A stretch of 58,094 nt of DNA, counting the filler, from Platydemus manokwari (lineage: Eukaryota), in the NCBI GenBank assembly GCA_037951405.1. It is 4 parts of 4 records of this genome, joined end to end, with 100 filler letters (N's around TTAATTAATTAA, not from the genome) between each part and the next. Parts side by side here need not be neighbours in the genome. Positions count along the whole stretch, not along the records: positions 46,348 to 58,094 come from JBBMOY010485553.1; 3 more parts are not named here. One strand, written 5' to 3'. Position numbers and translations under genes: made by a program. Positions 52,640-58,094 of the stretch are shown here, piece after piece. Within the stretch, counting starts at the first letter, position 1. The number at the start of each line of letters is the position of its first letter. The notes under the pieces were generated by a model. The model ran no database searches and had not been told where the DNA came from. It saw nothing but the letters and a program-made list of their open reading frames with translations.

Positions 52640-54430
52640 TTTAGAACATTAAAAACACAATAAATATTGAATTATCAACTGTTAATGGTTAAACAGCGAC
52701 CGACGAATCCAAAGCCCGCCAATCTACTATTCCTTCCTAGTTGTTTGACAGAATAAACGCACTGCACGTTGATATGCAATCATTATATAAATTTAGCAAC
52801 AACTTTTAATCTCATGCAATTATTGAAGAGCCAATTTTAAATTATTCCGGGTGAATATAGATAACCCTAATCAGATTTGATTGAACCTTTATTTAAGTTG
52901 TAAGTTAGTTAAGTCAACCGAGGTAATTAAATTTGTTTAATATATTTGTCTTATTATTTCGTTTAATTAGCTAATTAACATTTATCTTAACTAACTCGTT
53001 CGGTGATAATTTTTGCTGTTAGTGTTAATTATCTTCATAAAAACCTAACAAATATTTTTATGAATCAAAACTTGTTAAATCAAAAACCAACTTAATACAA
53101 AAGTAACTTTGTCTAAACTGCAATACGAAGTGACAAAAGGCAATATTATAAAAATGTCGAAAAATAAATTTAAAAAGGAATATCAATAGGTAAACAATTC
53201 CACAATCTAACTTTTCTGTAGCAGTCAATAAAGTTGTCACTCCTATTTGTCTTAATTCTAAACGCCCTGAAGTTAACGCTGTCCCATCTAACAATGTTTC
53301 GGATATATCTAAACAAACTATTGGATCTTCTCTCGAGCCTGCAGATATGTCTAAGCCGGGTTCTACCAAGGGGAATAAATCTCGTATTCGAATTCAAGCC
53401 TCTAAACCTAATGATATCTCCAGTACAAGTAGATATGAACTTCTACGTGATAGTTACCTCTCGATCCATGATCTTAACACAACTCTTACTTAAAATACAA
53501 ATAGCATTATTGTGTCTACTAGCTCAACCACTTTCAATACAAAAAGGACTCCCGCGCTGAATGCTCCCATATCTAAACTAAATTCGTCTGATAAACTTAA
53601 CCGAGACCCAACTAAAGTGATACATATTCAGGAAAATGACTTTAATGACGATACATATTCATGGTAAAGGGGGATAAACTCTATTTCCAGGTAGCCAACA
53701 TCCCTTAAACAATGTTCCTGTTCTAACTGTTCCCTAAAATATCAGAACATCTTTAGGATCTTCTTTCTTAAGAGACTTAATTAAATCCACTGTATGTGGC
53801 TTCCTCGAATGCTAGGTGTCATTTTTTCCTCTTATAAATAGATATTTATATTTAATGATCTCTGTCTCAGGAGATATTAATGTTCCGGAAATTATACTCT
53901 TTCCCTAATATTATTTATAACACTATTTATTAATAATGGTATAAATATGTATATCAAATCACTTAAGCTTCGGTTGAATTGTATGTCGTCCTATTCATCA
54001 TGATTTCTCAACTCTTCCTGCCTTACTTAAACTTGTACAGTCGTTTTGATGTTGTTGTTCTATTTGTTTATAGTCGATCTGTTATTTTTTCAAAATATCT
54101 CTTGCACAGCTTGTTATTTTCTGATAGTGTTAGTTAGTGCAGTAATGCTACACACTCTCCTGATGATTATCCCTCGCTTATTTACCTAAATGAATATATC
54201 CCTCTTGACTCTCAACGTCCTCACTCTTCTTGATAACCTTCAGCTCATGATATTATTGCTTCTTCCCCACCATTAGCCCCTACAATTGATTCGATGATAC
54301 TTGACTACTATTCCTGATTTCGGCCTGAGCTATGACCTCATATTTCACTCCTGACTATGATTTAGTCGTCGCCTCTATCCTTAATCCGTCCAACCCATTT
54401 GGTTAGGCCTCTTCGATTGACCATAGATGC
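52640..54430 (+). mobile_element. Probable decayed retroelement fragments
   Basis: FNLMQL..EP..DNPNQI near 52800-52880 loosely resembles the end of an APE endonuclease; the following C/T-skewed stretch has broken ORFs. Confidence 0.25.
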
Positions 54431-55694
54431 AAACTCATTACCTTTGATGCTACGATAAATCAAATTACACATACTATTTACTACAATATATAATAAATAG
54501 ATAAAGTAATATTAGTCAAATATTAACAGAAAAGTTGATATTAGGAGTGATTACACAAATGTAATAATTCAAATCTTTTTAATTCAAAAATAACAAAAAA
54601 CGAATTCAAAGTTTTATGAATGACTTTACAGTGCAATAAATTCACATTATTTACATGATTTCTTTAACCACGAAATTTTTTTTTGGTTAATTTATACAAT
54701 GAATATCTCTATTTAACAAATTTATTTATAAATATCATCAAATATCATTTCAATACTAATAAGTGTTTAAATGTCGCTAAAGTGATTCAAATATAATGCA
54801 AAGAATACTTAAGTTACCTGCTTGCAGAATAAAATGCCTACTTAGAAACAACGTCCATGAACAAAATTAACTAAAATTTCAATAATAAACATCAAATCTT
54901 GAAACGAAATTTATGCTTATAAATAATTTTGGTCAGACATTTTGTAAAAAAATTCAATCATTTAAACACCTGTTATTTTAATGGCGTTCAATTTCATTGC
55001 ATGGAAAAATTAAGAATATCTTTTAAAATGTTTAAGATGAATTCTACAAAAAATTTTGTAATGAGAATAAAGTATCAAAATTTTGTAAAACTCAGAATTA
55101 AATTTTTGCTAAATGAATATTAGTGAAATGCTACAATTAAATTTTTCGAAAGTTTAAAATATAAATTAAAATAATTAAATTAACTTGACCAAAGTTTTCA
55201 AAAAACATTTGATTAACACTTGTTTATCATCGTCTTTAGAGTACGACAACGTTTCACTACAAAATTTATTGTCATTATCAAAAGTTAATAATCCGATTGT
55301 GTATTTAATAATATTAATCTTATTGTATATTTAATAGTCTGAATGTACGTCATATGTATTTAATAAAGGTTACTCGTCTTCAATTGTTTTTATTTATCCT
55401 TATTAAGATTAGAAGAATAGTATCGAAAATAATCTATTATAGATTGATTTCTTGAAATAATTGGTGAGTGTTTCTTTTTATATCATTATTTCGTAGAATA
55501 ATCATGGGAGATTTTCTGAGTAATTTTTTTTTCTATAGTGTTTCTTCTCTTCTTTTTCAACGAATTATCGTTTTATATTATTTTCATATTTTTTTTAAAA
55601 TCTATTTTTAGGTTCTTAAGCTTTTTTGCCATAATTTTAGTACCTTCTAGTAATTTTTTCTATTTTTGGAATTAATAAATTTTATTTATATACT

Positions 55695-57700
55695 TTCCAA
55701 TTGTTGGGAAAACAACATAGAACGACTAGTGCTCTACTCAGATAGTGAGGAGTTTGAAGAAGAAAAAACCCCATCATCGTTAGCTCTTATAGTGAATGGA
55801 GGGAAAAATAACAGCAGCCACCTCAGAAACTCACAATCAAACCACCTAAAGAATCCATTGAACCGTGTTTAAAAAGCCAAGAACGCCCCCCCATAAATAA
55901 CAAAGACCCGCTGCATTGATTTGCATCAAACCTATAAAGCCAAACACAAAGTAGGAAACTTGGGCCACCCAAAGCTGGAGTGTAAATTTGGTTGCCTGAT
56001 GTCGGCAAGAATTTGAACCGAAATCTGCAATAAACAATTTCAAAAATCTGACAACCCAATTCATTTGAAATTTCGACAATCCAATCCAGATAATTTTTAA
56101 TAATGACTTTTATGATAATCTGACTTTGAAATAACTTGATCAATTCTCTTGATTTTGACTCTTTTAAACTTTACATCTTTCCATTTAATTTGTACAGAAC
56201 TTGTAGTATTTAATTATGTAATTATTTTTTGTGATGTGTAATTATTTGTAATCATGTAAAAAATAAATGTTACTAAAATGCGGATAAATGATATAAAAAT
56301 ATATATTTTTATAATCAGATATGCAAAAATGTATATTATTATTTATAAATCAGATAAACAATAAGACAGAGAGTGAAAAAGAAATTTAATATTTAATTTT
56401 TAAGGTTAATTATTTGATAATAAAATTTTTAAGGTCAGGCAGTTTAATAAAAAATTTAAGACTAAGGACTTTTGAAATTTAAGGTCTAAGGTAAAATAAT
56501 AGTTAAAAATTTACAAGAGTGGTGGAAAATCATAGGTACAAAGTACCGAATCTCAGTCTTTATATAAGTTGATGGATTTCCATCACAATTCACTCTCTAA
56601 AAATTCGGTAATTTAAAAACTAGAGCAAGTTGATGATTAAATTAAATCTCTTGAAAGGATTAAAACGACAGATATTTTTTTTGAACAATTTTTGTGGAAT
56701 CAATAATTTTTGGTAAAGCGTAAATAGTATATATTTTATAAAAAATCAATATTATAATCTTCCACTAAAACTCTGAATGGTCCCTCTTCGGAGCAATATT
56801 GTAAAATCTACATTTTTAAATAAAGTAGAAACCACAGTTGGGTTCTCACGATCTCGGTGAGATTACCATACCAATTTGTTATTTTTTCAATTAATTGATT
56901 GAGTTAACTTGTTTAAGCTAATTCTATCGTATTGTAAATTCGTATTTTATTATTAAAGTTTTTAAATAACTTGTCTGTTGTTGATACATCATATCGATTA
57001 AAATAACAAAGGGACTCACACTGTTGAGTTGATAAAACAACAAATAAAACATCACATAATAATAAATTTAATTGGAGGGAATCATTCTCTCCGATAAATA
57101 AATTCCATCGAGAAAATATCAAATACACTAGGATTAAATTGAATAGCAGAGAATATTCATCACTGACTATATAAGGCAGCAGTCACAATTAACACTCCCA
57201 CTTTAACACATTGAAGATACAGTTACGCGTAACTATAATTGAGCATAGAACACATTAGTCAGAATTCAAAAACAGTACAAGAAAGAATCATTCATTGTAG
57301 GAGATCAGGGTTTTTTATGTGCTCAGTATTTCATTGGAAGACCCTACAGTAAGATATACTTCTATAAAATATCAATCTATATCATATCATCTATCTCTTA
57401 TTAAAGACTTTTAACTCAATCATCATGATAGGCAATTGGTTTTGCTCGGTAATAGGGACTATATTAGCCGTTTTTTAATCCAAGAGTTGTTAGGGCCAGT
57501 CAATAGGTTGATGTATAGAGTAGTATTAAAGTCGATTTGTAATTTTAATTTTATTGTTTTATTTGTTATATTGTTTTTGTTGGAGTTAATTATTAATAAA
57601 CATTAATAAACAAGCCTAAGTTTTTGATTATATTGGGATCATAAATCATTGCTCAATATCTTTGTGTTGGGGATCAGGGCCAGCTGAATTATTAACAATT
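55695..57700 (-). mobile_element. Decayed dispersed repeat, probably a non-LTR (LINE) remnant; copy 2 of 3620-4865
   Basis: Collinear similarity to copy 1, with about 550 bp extra in the middle. Minus-strand SAGPD (about 57670-57685) and KTANIVPI (about 57450-57475) are typical non-LTR RT motifs. Confidence 0.6.
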
Positions 57701-58094
57701 ATTATCGGTGACAATTATCAACGATTGGCATGATTTTTGTATAAAATCTGTAGTAATTTATAAACAGTATCGTAGTAATTCGTGTTGTCTATAAAACATG
57801 TAGTAATTTATATTCATGTATAAAATTAGTAATTAATATGAATGTATAGTTTAGGACATTTTATATTTTGAAGTGTAACATTATTGGTCAAGGCAGCGGA
57901 ATAATACGTAACGTTTTATAAGTGTAACGATGTATTTTTAGAAACATGGTTCATAATTCGTTTCATTACATTTTAATTTTCGATACATTTTAAAATTGTA
58001 CCTTTGTTGGGGTTCCGAGAAAATGACTTCTGAAAACATTTGCATGATATTGATTTTGGTGTATATAAGTATTATTTTTTATGGTTTATTGTAA

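Overview
AT-rich eukaryotic (metazoan) genomic scaffold with short GT-AG introns of about 45-60 nt. The composition, intron size and gene/TE content suggest a planarian-type flatworm, which is inference only. Supported genes: (1) a spliced TRAF-like coiled-coil+MATH gene (+, 1279-2372); (2) the last two exons of a nicotinamidase (+, 12521-12805); (3) the last three exons of STARD7 (-, 17096-16446); (4) a complete 3-exon SMG1 PIKK kinase (-, 33406-22390, about 3440 aa); (5) a multi-exon PH-domain gene (-, about 41480-36043) whose PH exons look damaged. An orphan, in-phase terminal exon (22206-22054) lies just downstream of SMG1. It either completes the PH gene, which would nest SMG1 in its intron, or extends SMG1 past its FATC end. 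Mobile DNA includes a decayed NeSL/R5-type non-LTR retrotransposon with Ulp1-like protease, RT and restriction-like endonuclease motifs, Ty3/gypsy pol remnants, two copies of a decayed LINE-like repeat, two candidate TRIM-like mini-LTR elements and a Tc1/mariner-superfamily MITE. Three 100-bp scaffold linkers (N44-TTAATTAATTAA-N44) mean continuity across 19538, 34377 and 46248 is not guaranteed. All gene models were spliced by eye and no database searches were run.
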